From assembly GCA_963735595.1 (NCBI GenBank), contig CAVTLK010000005.1:608001-672000 (forward strand): 64,000 nucleotides of DNA, written 5' to 3'. Of the stretch, positions 51,518-60,831 are shown in pieces. How positions within the stretch are numbered: position 1 is the stretch's first letter; each line of letters opens with the position of its first letter. The stretch comes from an uncultured delta proteobacterium (GTDB lineage: Bacteria > Desulfobacterota > Zymogenia > Zymogenales > Zymogenaceae). Both the position numbers and the translations under genes were made by a program. The notes under the pieces were generated by a model. The model had not been told where the DNA came from. It searched no databases and saw only the letters and a program-made list of their open reading frames with translations.

Positions 51518-52093
51518 ATGGCAGACAAAACGGTTGGAAATATCGTAATTCGGCTGACGCTTGACTCCGCAGAGGAGGTGCTTGGCATCAACGGGCTCAA
51601 GGCGATCCTCAACTTCTCCAAGATGGCCCACCTGTTGGAGAACAAGCCCGACTATTCGTTCGAGAAGAATTTTACCGACGACGAATTCCGGGCGGTTTCG
51701 TCCAGCTTCGCGGAGGTTCTCGGTTTGGACGGCGGACGGGCGATCTTCCGCCTGATCGGCAAAGCGATGGGCAAGAACGCGATCAAGATCGGGGCATATG
51801 AGTCGCTCAAGGAGCTGCTTCCCGACGAGAAGCTCTTCAAGGCTATCGAGCTTTACTCCCTGGTCTCCGGCAGGGGAAAGGTGATGAGGGAGGGGGACGT
51901 GATCGTCTTCGACAATCCCCAGTGTACGCTGTGCGCTAAAGTAAAGCACGACCACCCGATCTGCAGCCTCTATAATGGGTACCTGGATACGACCGTCGAA
52001 TGGTCGGGGGTCACGGGGAAGAAGACGGTGGAGACCGCCTGCATGGCGATGGGAGATAAATCCTGCCGGTTTGAGGTCCTGCCGGTTGACTGA
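51518..52093 (+). CDS. Stand-alone V4R domain protein, copy 2
   Basis: CTLC, PIC, ETACMAMGDKSCRF; clear paralogue of neighbours. Confidence 0.8.
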   Translation: MADKTVGNIVIRLTLDSAEEVLGINGLKAILNFSKMAHLLENKPDYSFEKNFTDDEFRAVSSSFAEVLGLDGGRAIFRLIGKAMGKNAIKIGAYESLKELLPDEKLFKAIELYSLVSGRGKVMREGDVIVFDNPQCTLCAKVKHDHPICSLYNGYLDTTVEWSGVTGKKTVETACMAMGDKSCRFEVLPVD

Positions 52094-52239
52094 CGGGTGC
52101 CGCCCTGTGCCCCGGGCCGCGCCACAGAATCTCTCTGACGGCATCGTGCCGTTGAATAGAGCGCGTATCTATGAGCCGCCCCTGTTTTACGGGCCGGCTC
52201 TTTTTCGTGACTTTGATTTCAGAGGAAGAGGTGCACAAG

Positions 52240-52815
52240 GTGGCGGAAAAGACGGTATCGAACCTGGTATTTCGTGTGGTTCTTGACGGGGCCGAGGAAG
52301 TGCTCGGCGTCAACGGTGTGAAGGCGATCCTCAACTTCTCCGGGCTGTCCGACCTGTTGGTAAACAGACCTGATTATTCCTTTGAGAAGAACTTCACCGA
52401 CGACCAACTGCGGGGCATCTCGTCCAGCTTCGCCGCCGTTCTGGGCATGGACGGGGCCCGGGCCGTTTACCGCCTGATCGGAAAAGCCAGCGGCAAAAAA
52501 ACAATCGAGGTCGGGGTATATGATTCCCTCAAGGACCTGCCGCCCGACGAAAAGCTATTCAAGGCCGTCGGCCTATATGCCATGGTTACGGGGAGGGGAA
52601 CGGTAACGAAAGAGGGCGACGTGATCGTCTACGACAATCCCCAGTGCTCCGTCTGCAAGGACGTCACGTACGGTCAACCGGTTTGCAGCATCTATAACGG
52701 GTACTTTGACTCGGTCATCGAATGGATGGATATCAAGGACAAGAAGTCGGTGGAGACGGCCTGTATCGCGATGGGGAGCAAATCCTGCCGGTTTGAGATC
52801 CTGCCGGTGGACTGA
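52240..52815 (+). CDS. Stand-alone V4R domain protein, copy 3
   Basis: GTG start chosen by alignment to paralogues; CSVC, PVC, ETACIAMGSKSCRF. Confidence 0.8.
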   Translation: MAEKTVSNLVFRVVLDGAEEVLGVNGVKAILNFSGLSDLLVNRPDYSFEKNFTDDQLRGISSSFAAVLGMDGARAVYRLIGKASGKKTIEVGVYDSLKDLPPDEKLFKAVGLYAMVTGRGTVTKEGDVIVYDNPQCSVCKDVTYGQPVCSIYNGYFDSVIEWMDIKDKKSVETACIAMGSKSCRFEILPVD

Positions 52816-52854
52816 TGGGCGTGCGTCGATTTTATCGCAAGCAAGCCAAAACGG

Positions 52855-52877
52855 AAGGGCCCCGAGAGGGCCCTTTT
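52855..52877. terminator. Hairpin between convergent genes
   Basis: aagggccc-cgaga-gggccctttt. Confidence 0.65.
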
Positions 52878-52916
52878 CTATGCCGTCGAATCGCTATCGT
52901 CGCGCCGCGATGCCTT

Positions 52917-53447
52917 TTACCGACGCTTCGGCCACGGCACGATCATGGAGACACGCTTCCGGTACCCCTCGTACTCCTTGCCGAAATCCGCAAGCAGCCT
53001 CGTCTCCTCGAAACGCCTGATGTAGAGCATCGCGAGGGGAAAGAGAACGCCGATGATCATCAGCCCCGCAATCGTCCCCCATAGAAGCGACAGCGCAACG
53101 TAACAGGTAAGCGCCCCGAAGACCATCGGGTTTCGAGACCACCGGTAGGGGCCGGTGACAACCAGGTGTTCCGTGCGGGGGGATACCGCCATGCCGAAGC
53201 CCTCCGCCGGGCCGCCCTTTCCCCGGACGACCAGGAAGAGGTTGGACCAGAGGACAAACAAGAGACCGATCGCTCCGAGCGGTAATGCGAGTACGAGCCT
53301 CGCTGGGAGTTCGGCAAACGCCGGCAGGCCCAGCCACCGGTCGACGATCCCGGACAGGTGATAGAGCCCCAGCGGTATCAGGATCGCGAAGAGCGTCCCG
53401 CCCATCGTAAAGCCCGCGATGTGCCTGAGGATCTTTTTCGCATTCAT
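52917..53447 (-). CDS. Isoprenylcysteine carboxyl methyltransferase / PEMT family membrane protein
   Basis: LVVTGPYRWSRNPM, EE..L...FG.EY..Y...V. Confidence 0.85.
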   Translation of the reverse strand: MNAKKILRHIAGFTMGGTLFAILIPLGLYHLSGIVDRWLGLPAFAELPARLVLALPLGAIGLLFVLWSNLFLVVRGKGGPAEGFGMAVSPRTEHLVVTGPYRWSRNPMVFGALTCYVALSLLWGTIAGLMIIGVLFPLAMLYIRRFEETRLLADFGKEYEGYRKRVSMIVPWPKRR

Positions 53448-54658
53448 CTTTTCATCACCTTAGCCACCTCGGGGGCGTGGATGCGCTCGTTTTCCGGTAG
53501 CGTGCTCAGCAACGGCCGGGCATAGTTCTTAAAAGCGACCGTCACGTCGTTGGTCCCCTCGATGAAATGGTCCGGCATCTTCTTGGTGCCCCCGGTAACG
53601 TCCGCCAGGCCCACGAGATTATACCGCACGGCATAGTCGCCCACCCGCTCGATGACAATGGAGCCGTCCACCTTATGCCAGGTGGCAAACTGCAGCGCCC
53701 ATTCGCCGACCTCCCGCGCCTCCTGCGCGTCCACCTCACTCACGCAGCCGAGGAAGGACCGCTGGAGGTAGCCGAACGTATCCGCCCGGACCCGCTTGAT
53801 GTTGAGCCGCTCCTTGACGAGGTCGCCCAGCGCGTCGCCCAGCGACGTCATACCGGACAGCTGCACGTTTCCGTGTGCGTCGTGCTCAACGCGGTCGGTC
53901 AGGGTGGTGATGATGGGCTTGTTCTCCTCATCCCCGATCCCCTCCGATACGGCCACGACGCATCGATCGTGGCGCGTCATGACGGCGTCCACGTCCTTGA
54001 TGAAGGCGTCGGGCGAGAAGGGACGCTCCGGCAGGTAGATCAGGTGGGGGCCGTCGTTGTCGTATTTCTTGGCGAAGATCGAGGCGGCGGTCAAAAACCC
54101 GGCGTGCCGCCCCATGACGATGCCGATGTAAACGCCCGGCAGGCTGCGGTTATCCTGGTTGATGCCGGCAAAGGCCTGGGCCACGAACCGGGCGGCAGAG
54201 CCGTATCCGGGGCAGTGGTCGGTGACCTTGATGTCGTTGTCGATGGTCTTGGGGATGTGGATGACCCGGAGGTCATAGGCGGCGTCGATCGCATTCCTGT
54301 TGACGATACGGCAGGTTTCGGCCGAGTCGTTGCCGCCGATGTAAAAGAAGTAGTGGATGTCATGGGCCTTGAGCACCTCGAAGATGCGGGCGCAGTCGTC
54401 CTTCGTGGGCTTCTTGCGGGACGACAGCAGCCCCGCGCCGGGGGTCCTGGCCACCACCTCGAGGTTATGGGTAGAGGCCTGGGTCAGGTCGATGAAGTTT
54501 TCGTTCATCAACCCCTCGACGCCGCCCACGGCTCCGTAGAAGTTCGTGATATGGGGGTAGCGCCGGGCCTGGAGGACGGCCCCGACGAGGCTCTGGTTAA
54601 TGACCGCCGTCGGTCCCCCGCCCTGGGCGATTACCGCCTTTCCCGATATCTGATCCAT
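53444..54658 (-). CDS. pfkA: 6-phosphofructokinase, probably PPi-dependent
   Basis: QGGGPTAVIN, IGGNDS, PKTIDND, MGRHAG, GYLQR. Confidence 0.9.
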   Translation of the reverse strand: MDQISGKAVIAQGGGPTAVINQSLVGAVLQARRYPHITNFYGAVGGVEGLMNENFIDLTQASTHNLEVVARTPGAGLLSSRKKPTKDDCARIFEVLKAHDIHYFFYIGGNDSAETCRIVNRNAIDAAYDLRVIHIPKTIDNDIKVTDHCPGYGSAARFVAQAFAGINQDNRSLPGVYIGIVMGRHAGFLTAASIFAKKYDNDGPHLIYLPERPFSPDAFIKDVDAVMTRHDRCVVAVSEGIGDEENKPIITTLTDRVEHDAHGNVQLSGMTSLGDALGDLVKERLNIKRVRADTFGYLQRSFLGCVSEVDAQEAREVGEWALQFATWHKVDGSIVIERVGDYAVRYNLVGLADVTGGTKKMPDHFIEGTNDVTVAFKNYARPLLSTLPENERIHAPEVAKVMKR

Positions 54659-54850
54659 CGTGTGCTCCCTGAGATATGCCATTTCTCTATATCATGGTTA
54701 CGGTAAAAATACAAGGGGGCACGGGCAGGGCGGACAGGGCGATCGATAGGCCGTGGCAGGGCCCGTTTCGCGGTGGCTGCCGAAAACCTTTGACCCGCCC
54801 GTCCAACGGTGGTATAACCATCGGAAATATTTTCTAAAAGGAATCATCTC

Positions 54851-55861
54851 ATGCCAACGATATCATTCGTCACCGGCGGGACCGGCTTTATCGGCTCCCG
54901 GCTGGTACGCAGGCTCATCGCCGAGGGGCACACCGTCCGGGTTTTGGCGCGCAGCGTCGATAAGGCGCGGGCGCTGTTTGACGACGAGGCCGAGATCATC
55001 CCCGGCGACCTGGACAACACCGACGCGCTCGCGCACGGGTGCCGGGGGGCCGACCGGGTCTTTCACCTGGCGGCCCAGGTCGGCGACTTCGGCCCCCGGC
55101 GCGGCTACTACCACACCAACGCCGAGGGGACTCGAGGCGTGGTCGACGCGGCCGAGAGGGCGGCCGCGGGGCGGTTCGTCTATATCTCCACCAATGCGGT
55201 TACCGGCATCAAGCGCGCGCACGTCACCGACGAATCGGCCCCTTACGCGACAAACGGCGGGCACTACGGCATATCCAAGGGGCTGGCCGAGCGCATCATC
55301 CGGGACCGGCACGTGCGGACAGGGTTTCCCGGCGTGATCCTCCGGCCGCCGGTGGTCTACGGCCCCGGGTCGGCAAACTGGGTGCTGCGGCCGCTCTCGC
55401 TGATGAAGCAGGGAAAGATGGTGCTCGTCGATTCCGGCAGGGGGCTCTGCTGGCACGTCTACGTCGATAACCTGATAGACGCGTCGGTCCTGGCCTCCGG
55501 CCACCCGAAGGCTCCCGGTGAGGTCTTTATCATCAGCGACGGTAAACACGATACCACCTGGGGGGACTATTTCAACCTGCTGGCAAAAACGGCGGGCTAC
55601 GGGCCCATCACCAGGAACGTTCCGAAGGCCGCGGCGGTGGCAGTGGCTCACGTCAGTTACGCCCTGTATGCCTCCTTTGGCATCCGGCCGAAACTGACGC
55701 CGCTGGGCGTGGGCATCCTCACCTCGGGCGCGCCGGTCAGCATCGTAAAGGCGCAAAACGTCCTGGGCTATCAACCGAGGGTCGATCTTGCCGAGGGGAT
55801 GAAGCGGGTAGGGGAGTGGCTGAACGCCGAGGCGCGGGAGTATTTGAATTCGGCGGGCTGA
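54851..55861 (+). CDS. NAD-dependent epimerase/dehydratase (3-beta-HSD-like extended SDR)
   Basis: TGGTGFIG, YGISK, RPPVVYGPG. Confidence 0.88.
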   Translation: MPTISFVTGGTGFIGSRLVRRLIAEGHTVRVLARSVDKARALFDDEAEIIPGDLDNTDALAHGCRGADRVFHLAAQVGDFGPRRGYYHTNAEGTRGVVDAAERAAAGRFVYISTNAVTGIKRAHVTDESAPYATNGGHYGISKGLAERIIRDRHVRTGFPGVILRPPVVYGPGSANWVLRPLSLMKQGKMVLVDSGRGLCWHVYVDNLIDASVLASGHPKAPGEVFIISDGKHDTTWGDYFNLLAKTAGYGPITRNVPKAAAVAVAHVSYALYASFGIRPKLTPLGVGILTSGAPVSIVKAQNVLGYQPRVDLAEGMKRVGEWLNAEAREYLNSAG

Positions 55862-55890
55862 TGCAATCCGGCTGACCGGGTTGAAGAAAG

Positions 55891-55917
55891 CGGGCGGTAT
55901 ATACCGCCCTTTTTTTT
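55891..55917 (+). terminator. Intrinsic terminator
   Basis: gggcggt-atat-accgccc followed by T run. Confidence 0.75.
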
Positions 55918-56074
55918 CGATTTCGACCCACAGTCCAGTTTCTTGTCCGGGGTTTTCCCTCGCGTATTCGCGGCGAATAGATGAATCCATTTGAGAATGA
56001 GCACATCCAAAGTATAGAAAGTAATACTACCATAATAGTAGTATTTAGCCTTAAACCATTCGCAGGAGGATGCT

Positions 56075-56686
56075 ATGAAGACAAAACTTCTCTCGATGTT
56101 TGTAGCGGTAGCGATGATATCGGTCGTTTCGGCCCTTTCAGCCTTTTCGGCCGAGCCCCCTTTGGCTAAAGTTCGGGTAGTCGACCTGAGCGCTTTGAGC
56201 TCGCCCACGAAACTCGACGATGCCGAGTTGGCACGTTTGGCGGTCTTGTCGGCCGTGGAAAACCCGGAGGTATTTCCCTTCGTATCCGATTTCGTCCTTA
56301 AGTCGGGCGCCGAGGTTGCCACTGGTTCGGATTCGAGCATTACGTGTGTATTGAGCTGTCCGATTGATATATCCGGAAGCCTGAAAGAAGAGGACAAGCT
56401 GGAGTTCGTATCCATGCCGCCCACGAAAGACGAGCCGAAGTACGACATCGCTATCGTGAAGCCCGATGGCTCCGTGGCGAAGGTAGATAAGGAGATAATC
56501 GTCGATTACAGGAACAGGACGCTCAACACCAACGAAGAGATTACCGTCGGAGAGGGAGACGTTGTCCTGACGTTTGTCAAGGAAGTAAAACCGATTCAGT
56601 TTGGGGAAAAGAAACAGATCGAGGGTAAGAAAGATACGCCGAGCACCCAGCCCGACCCCCAGGACACGCAGGAGCCTCCTCGTTAG
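56075..56686 (+). CDS. Hypothetical exported protein
   Basis: SD AGGAGG; signal peptide ending AFS-AE; no recognised family. Confidence 0.7.
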   Translation: MKTKLLSMFVAVAMISVVSALSAFSAEPPLAKVRVVDLSALSSPTKLDDAELARLAVLSAVENPEVFPFVSDFVLKSGAEVATGSDSSITCVLSCPIDISGSLKEEDKLEFVSMPPTKDEPKYDIAIVKPDGSVAKVDKEIIVDYRNRTLNTNEEITVGEGDVVLTFVKEVKPIQFGEKKQIEGKKDTPSTQPDPQDTQEPPR

Positions 56687-56731
56687 AGACGAGATAGGAC
56701 ACTATACCAACCGCATGATTGATAACGATTT

Positions 56732-56760
56732 AAGGAGAGGACCGATGGTCCTCTCCTTTA
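56732..56760. terminator. Hairpin between convergent units
   Basis: aaggagaggacc-gat-ggtcctctcctt. Confidence 0.75.
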
Positions 56761-56865
56761 TCTTTTCAGTACCTTGTTGAAAAAGAAGACATACGCGCCC
56801 AGGCGGGTGAGGTCTTCCGGGCCGGTGAACCTGAGCGCTGTCAGGCCGGACGAGTCGTCGATCAT
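56758..56865 (-). pseudogene. Remnant diverged copy of the 3' end of the beta-repeat gene 57922..58356
   Basis: IDDSSGLTALRFTGPEDLTRLGAYVFFFNKVLKR* vs IESSSGVTALRFSGPADYTRLGAYVFFFNRVLKK*. Confidence 0.85.
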
Positions 56866-56875
56866 GCAGTCAATT

Positions 56876-57814
56876 TCATTTAACCATTTTTTCCAGGATC
56901 ATTTCTAGTGCTTTGGCTAACGCCCGGTTGAATTCGTCCGGGCGGTCCATCATAAGGAAGTGGTCGGCGTTCTCTATAACGATCGCGTCGAACGAGTACA
57001 TGTGCCTCCGGTTCGCCTCGTAGTCGACGGGTTCCAGTTGCCCGTTTACGTCAACGACGGGGACGCGGACCTCGTCGAATATCCCGGCCGCTTCCCCGGT
57101 AATATACTGCGACAGATACTCGCGCATAGCGCTCAGGGCTACTACGGGCGGCGCGGACGACATATCGCCCAGGATCCACTCGCGAAGAGCGGGGTCCGTT
57201 TTGGGGTAGATCATTTCGGAGACGAACGCCCGGCTCCCGGACACGAAATCCTTTTTAATCGGTGCCATCATCTCCTCCATTTGTTCGGCTTTCAGGGGAT
57301 ATTCGATGTTTCCCAGCGTATCTACGCCGATAAGACCGATCACCCGGTCAGGCATGAGCCGGGCGGCCTCGGCAATGACCGCGCCTCCCATGGAGTGGCC
57401 GATCAGGATCACGCTGCGGCTGTCCGTCGCATCTACCACCGCCCGGACGTCTTCACCGAACGCCTTCATGGTGTAGGCTGTGCGGGACTGCCCCGAGTGG
57501 CCGTGGCCCGCGAGGTCCAGGACAATAACGCGATGGTTCTTTGAAAAATACGGTACCTGGGCGCGCCAGTAGCGGGCGTCACAGCTCCACCCGTGCACAA
57601 ACACGAGGGTCGGCTCGCCGGTGCCGTATACCTCATAAGAAATCGGGGTGCCGTCCCTGGAAGGGACGACGTGAGGCCATTTTTCCTGCGCGCGCGCCAC
57701 ACCAAAAGTACAAAATATAACCGCCAAACAGATAAGCGCACCCGTCGAGTATTTTACGGCATGCGTGTAGCAATTTCCTTCCTTTGAACCAAACGTCTTC
57801 CTTTCATATTTCAT
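56876..57814 (-). CDS. Exported alpha/beta hydrolase
   Basis: FVHGW, DLAGHG, GHSMGG nucleophile elbow, ADHF. Confidence 0.9.
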   Translation of the reverse strand: MKYERKTFGSKEGNCYTHAVKYSTGALICLAVIFCTFGVARAQEKWPHVVPSRDGTPISYEVYGTGEPTLVFVHGWSCDARYWRAQVPYFSKNHRVIVLDLAGHGHSGQSRTAYTMKAFGEDVRAVVDATDSRSVILIGHSMGGAVIAEAARLMPDRVIGLIGVDTLGNIEYPLKAEQMEEMMAPIKKDFVSGSRAFVSEMIYPKTDPALREWILGDMSSAPPVVALSAMREYLSQYITGEAAGIFDEVRVPVVDVNGQLEPVDYEANRRHMYSFDAIVIENADHFLMMDRPDEFNRALAKALEMILEKMVK

Positions 57815-57921
57815 GGTTTGTTCTCCTTTGCCTTGAACGATCCCGCTCAAGGGTGAGGGTGAAAAGGGTCACATCCTTTGCAGCGCCGTCGGGGGTTGTA
57901 GCCGGGTCGGATATGCCCCCG

Positions 57922-58356
57922 TTACTTCTTCAGCACCCTGTTGAAAAAGAAGACATACGCCCCTAGGCGGGTATAATCGGCCGGCCCGGAAAACCTGAGC
58001 GCCGTAACGCCGGACGAGCTTTCGATCGTGCCTGAGCCGATGCTCCCGATGGTCCAGCCCGTGCCGTCCTCCACACTCCCGTTTTCCCGAATGCGGCCGA
58101 TTGTCGAGCCTGACGAGTTCTCCACGCTGCCGTTTTCCCGAACGCGCCCGATTGTCCAGCCGGAGGAATCCTCCACGTCGCCGGTTGCCCGGATGCGCCC
58201 GATCGTCCAGCCCGATGAGTCTTCCACGTCGCCGTTGTCACGGATACGCCCGATGGTCCAGCCGGAGGTATCCTCGATGACGATATCGGACTCGGCCAGA
58301 AGCGGCGCGGCACAAACAAGGACAAGAAAGAACGCAACCGGAGCGGTAAGCTTCAT
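57922..58356 (-). CDS. Exported beta-repeat protein (5-fold beta-flower-like)
   Basis: Signal peptide plus five 17-aa repeats of VEDSSGWTIGRIR.NG. Confidence 0.75.
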   Translation of the reverse strand: MKLTAPVAFFLVLVCAAPLLAESDIVIEDTSGWTIGRIRDNGDVEDSSGWTIGRIRATGDVEDSSGWTIGRVRENGSVENSSGSTIGRIRENGSVEDGTGWTIGSIGSGTIESSSGVTALRFSGPADYTRLGAYVFFFNRVLKK

Positions 58357-59369
58357 TATGACCTCCCTTCGAAGTCGATAATGGTCGCGACAAAATCTGA
58401 AATGGTAAACTCGACCGAGCGGCTGTAACCCTTGGGGTCTCCACCGACCTCGATCGGCTGCTCGTCGGCCGACGTGATCCGTATCCCGTCGGTTAAAAAG
58501 TCGATGATGTCGTTGCTGTGGTAGGTTCCCTTCCAGAAGCCGCGCAGATGGCGCACGGCAACCCCCGGATCGAGGTTTACTATCCTCAGGTGCATCGTCC
58601 CCGGCACCTTGCCGGCGTGGGGGAAGGCGCGCAGCTTGTACCCGAAAAAGGGGATAACGCCCGCCGCGATAAACGAGGCCGGCCCGTGGTAGAGAATTGC
58701 ATTACGTCGGTCGGTTACGGGGACGCAGTCGCCGTTGCGGTCCGGCCGGAACAGCCGCCCGCCCGTACAGGTCACCTCCACTTCGGGGACGTTGGCGCCG
58801 CCCGCGAACCGGGGGAGCGTTTTGGTGGCGGCGGCCAGGAAATAGCCGAAGAGATTCTTGGTAAATGGCGAAAGGAGCCGGCCTTCGTGCTCCTTGTTGA
58901 GGTCGTAGTAGTCGTTGAGGATCTGGGCGTCCCACCCCATTCCCGCAAACGGGCACAACAGCCCTCCGACCTCGATGAGCGGGTTGGCGACGGTGGAGAA
59001 GGCGCCGCCCCGGGCCACGTAAGCCAGCTGCCCGAGCCCCCCTTTAACCCCCACCGCGTACGTCCAGGCATTGCCGGTTCCGAGTTTCAGGATGCCGACC
59101 GGCGGCACGGTGAGCGAGCCGCCGGCGCCGACGACGTCGCGGATTACCGAGAGCGCCGTGACGATCGTCCCGTCGCCCCCGCCGGTAAAGATGACGTCAA
59201 AACCTCCCCCCAGGATCTCTCGCACGGCGCCCTGGGCCTCGGCAAGCGAGCCGGTGGCCCAGATGTGCCGCCGGGGGATGATCCGTGCGATGTCGCCGAC
59301 GAGGCGGCGGGTATATCTGCGCGCGTTCTTGTTGAGGATGACCGCGACCTTGCGCGTATTTGAAATCAT
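58356..59369 (-). CDS. Diacylglycerol kinase family protein
   Basis: LNKNA, GGGDGT, LGTGN, AGMGWDA. Confidence 0.85.
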   Translation of the reverse strand: MISNTRKVAVILNKNARRYTRRLVGDIARIIPRRHIWATGSLAEAQGAVREILGGGFDVIFTGGGDGTIVTALSVIRDVVGAGGSLTVPPVGILKLGTGNAWTYAVGVKGGLGQLAYVARGGAFSTVANPLIEVGGLLCPFAGMGWDAQILNDYYDLNKEHEGRLLSPFTKNLFGYFLAAATKTLPRFAGGANVPEVEVTCTGGRLFRPDRNGDCVPVTDRRNAILYHGPASFIAAGVIPFFGYKLRAFPHAGKVPGTMHLRIVNLDPGVAVRHLRGFWKGTYHSNDIIDFLTDGIRITSADEQPIEVGGDPKGYSRSVEFTISDFVATIIDFEGRS

Positions 59370-59423
59370 GGCGTCTTAAAATCCTTTTGTGGCGCCCGCG
59401 GGGTTCTCCCGGCGGGCCATAAA

Positions 59424-59491
59424 ATGGTAGGCGTTTTTTTAGAGCCTGTCAAACTAAAAATCTTGACTGGTTTTTTTTAGGGGTATATGAT
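59424..59491. promoter_or_regulatory. Back-to-back divergent sigma70-type promoters
   Basis: Minus TTGACA-17-TACCAT (59452..59424); plus TTGACT-17-TATGAT (59463..59491). Confidence 0.65.
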
Positions 59492-59510
59492 ACCCGGTAA
59501 CGATGATCCA

Positions 59511-60362
59511 ATGAGGCGGTACGCTACGGAACAGCGGGTGAAGATTGCCGGGATACAGTTTGCGGTCACCGATACCGTCGAGCGCTCCGTCGCTCGGGCA
59601 AAAGAGCTGCTGTGCCTTTCTCACGAGCAGGGGGCGCAGCTCGTCTCGTTTTCGGAGCTGTTCAGCAATCCGTGGTTTCCCTACCGTCCCAAGGCGGACC
59701 CTGCCCCCTTTGCCGAAACCATTCCCGGCCCCCTCACGGAGGAGTTCTGCCGGCTGGCCGCCGCCTATCACATGGTTATCGTGCTGCCGCTGGCCGAGCG
59801 GAAGGGGTCCCGCTGCTACAACTCTACGGCGGTCATAGACGCCGATGGGTCGCTTCTCGGAGCTTACCGAAAGGTGCATGTTCCGCAGATCCCTCTCTGG
59901 TACGAGAAGGACTGTTTTGCGCCGGGAGACAGGGGTTTCCCGGTATTTAAGACCAGCTGCCTGACGCTCGGGGTACAGATCTGCTGGGACAACTTCTTTC
60001 CCGAGGGCAGCCGGTCGCTGGCGCTTTCCGGCGCCCAACTCATTGTGGCCCCCACGGCGGCGGCAATGAAGACCCACGAGCGATGGCAGACTGCCATAGC
60101 GGCAAATTCGATTACCAACGGTGTGTTCTGCCTCAGGGTCAACCGGACCGGCAGCGAAGAGAGCCAGGATTTTTACGGTGAAACGTTCGCGACCAATCCC
60201 GATGGGGAGTTGATCGGACAGCCCGCCGGTATGAACGACTCGGTATCATTATTCGAGATAGATACGGCCGACGTCGAGCGTGCGCGGTCGATGTGGCCTT
60301 TTTTCGGCGACCGTCGGCCGGATGTCTACCGCGGTTTAAAGGCCGGCCGCGGCGCATCATGA
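59511..60362 (+). CDS. Carbon-nitrogen hydrolase (N-carbamoylputrescine amidase / beta-ureidopropionase-like)
   Basis: FSELF, YRKVHVP, ICWD catalytic E-K-C triad; start uncertain. Confidence 0.88.
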   Translation: MRRYATEQRVKIAGIQFAVTDTVERSVARAKELLCLSHEQGAQLVSFSELFSNPWFPYRPKADPAPFAETIPGPLTEEFCRLAAAYHMVIVLPLAERKGSRCYNSTAVIDADGSLLGAYRKVHVPQIPLWYEKDCFAPGDRGFPVFKTSCLTLGVQICWDNFFPEGSRSLALSGAQLIVAPTAAAMKTHERWQTAIAANSITNGVFCLRVNRTGSEESQDFYGETFATNPDGELIGQPAGMNDSVSLFEIDTADVERARSMWPFFGDRRPDVYRGLKAGRGAS

Positions 60363-60606
60363 GAGAAAACGAAAGAAACACGTCTTTTTTTCATATAACC
60401 TATTTACGCGCCTTGGCCTCTTCTGGTATAATGGTAATGGAGGGATAAAGCGTATATCCCTCTATATGAGTATCGGCCGGACGCGGCGGCCCCCGAGACC
60501 GCCGGCCGGAAAGTAACATGACCGCGCCGCCGCCCTGTCGGCGTATGCAGGGCGATATACGGGATACATAGCGAGATACCAACACCCAGAGAAGGGAGGG
60601 TTCCCA

Positions 60607-60816
60607 ATGACATTGGAAAAGAAACTCTGTGCGGTCTGCGCATGGAGGAGGAACTGCCAGAAAAAATTCTCAAGCTCATCCGGGGTTTCGGGGGCCCTGT
60701 ACTGTTCGGATTTCACCAAGGACCTTTCTATAAAGGAAGAGCCACTGGATCGGGCTTTCGACGAAAAGATGAAAGACGCCGAGATGAAGAAAAAAGATAA
60801 ATACTGGAAGTGGTAA
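60607..60816 (+). CDS. Small Cys-rich hypothetical protein upstream of argS
   Basis: SD GGAGG; CAVCAWRRNCQKKF...C.DF. Confidence 0.65.
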   Translation: MTLEKKLCAVCAWRRNCQKKFSSSSGVSGALYCSDFTKDLSIKEEPLDRAFDEKMKDAEMKKKDKYWKW

Positions 60817-60831
60817 CGGGAGCGTCTTGTA

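Noticed and set aside
58030..58280. 51-bp periodic DNA repeats resembling a CRISPR array
   Set aside because: In-frame coding repeats without unique spacers; no cas genes in the window
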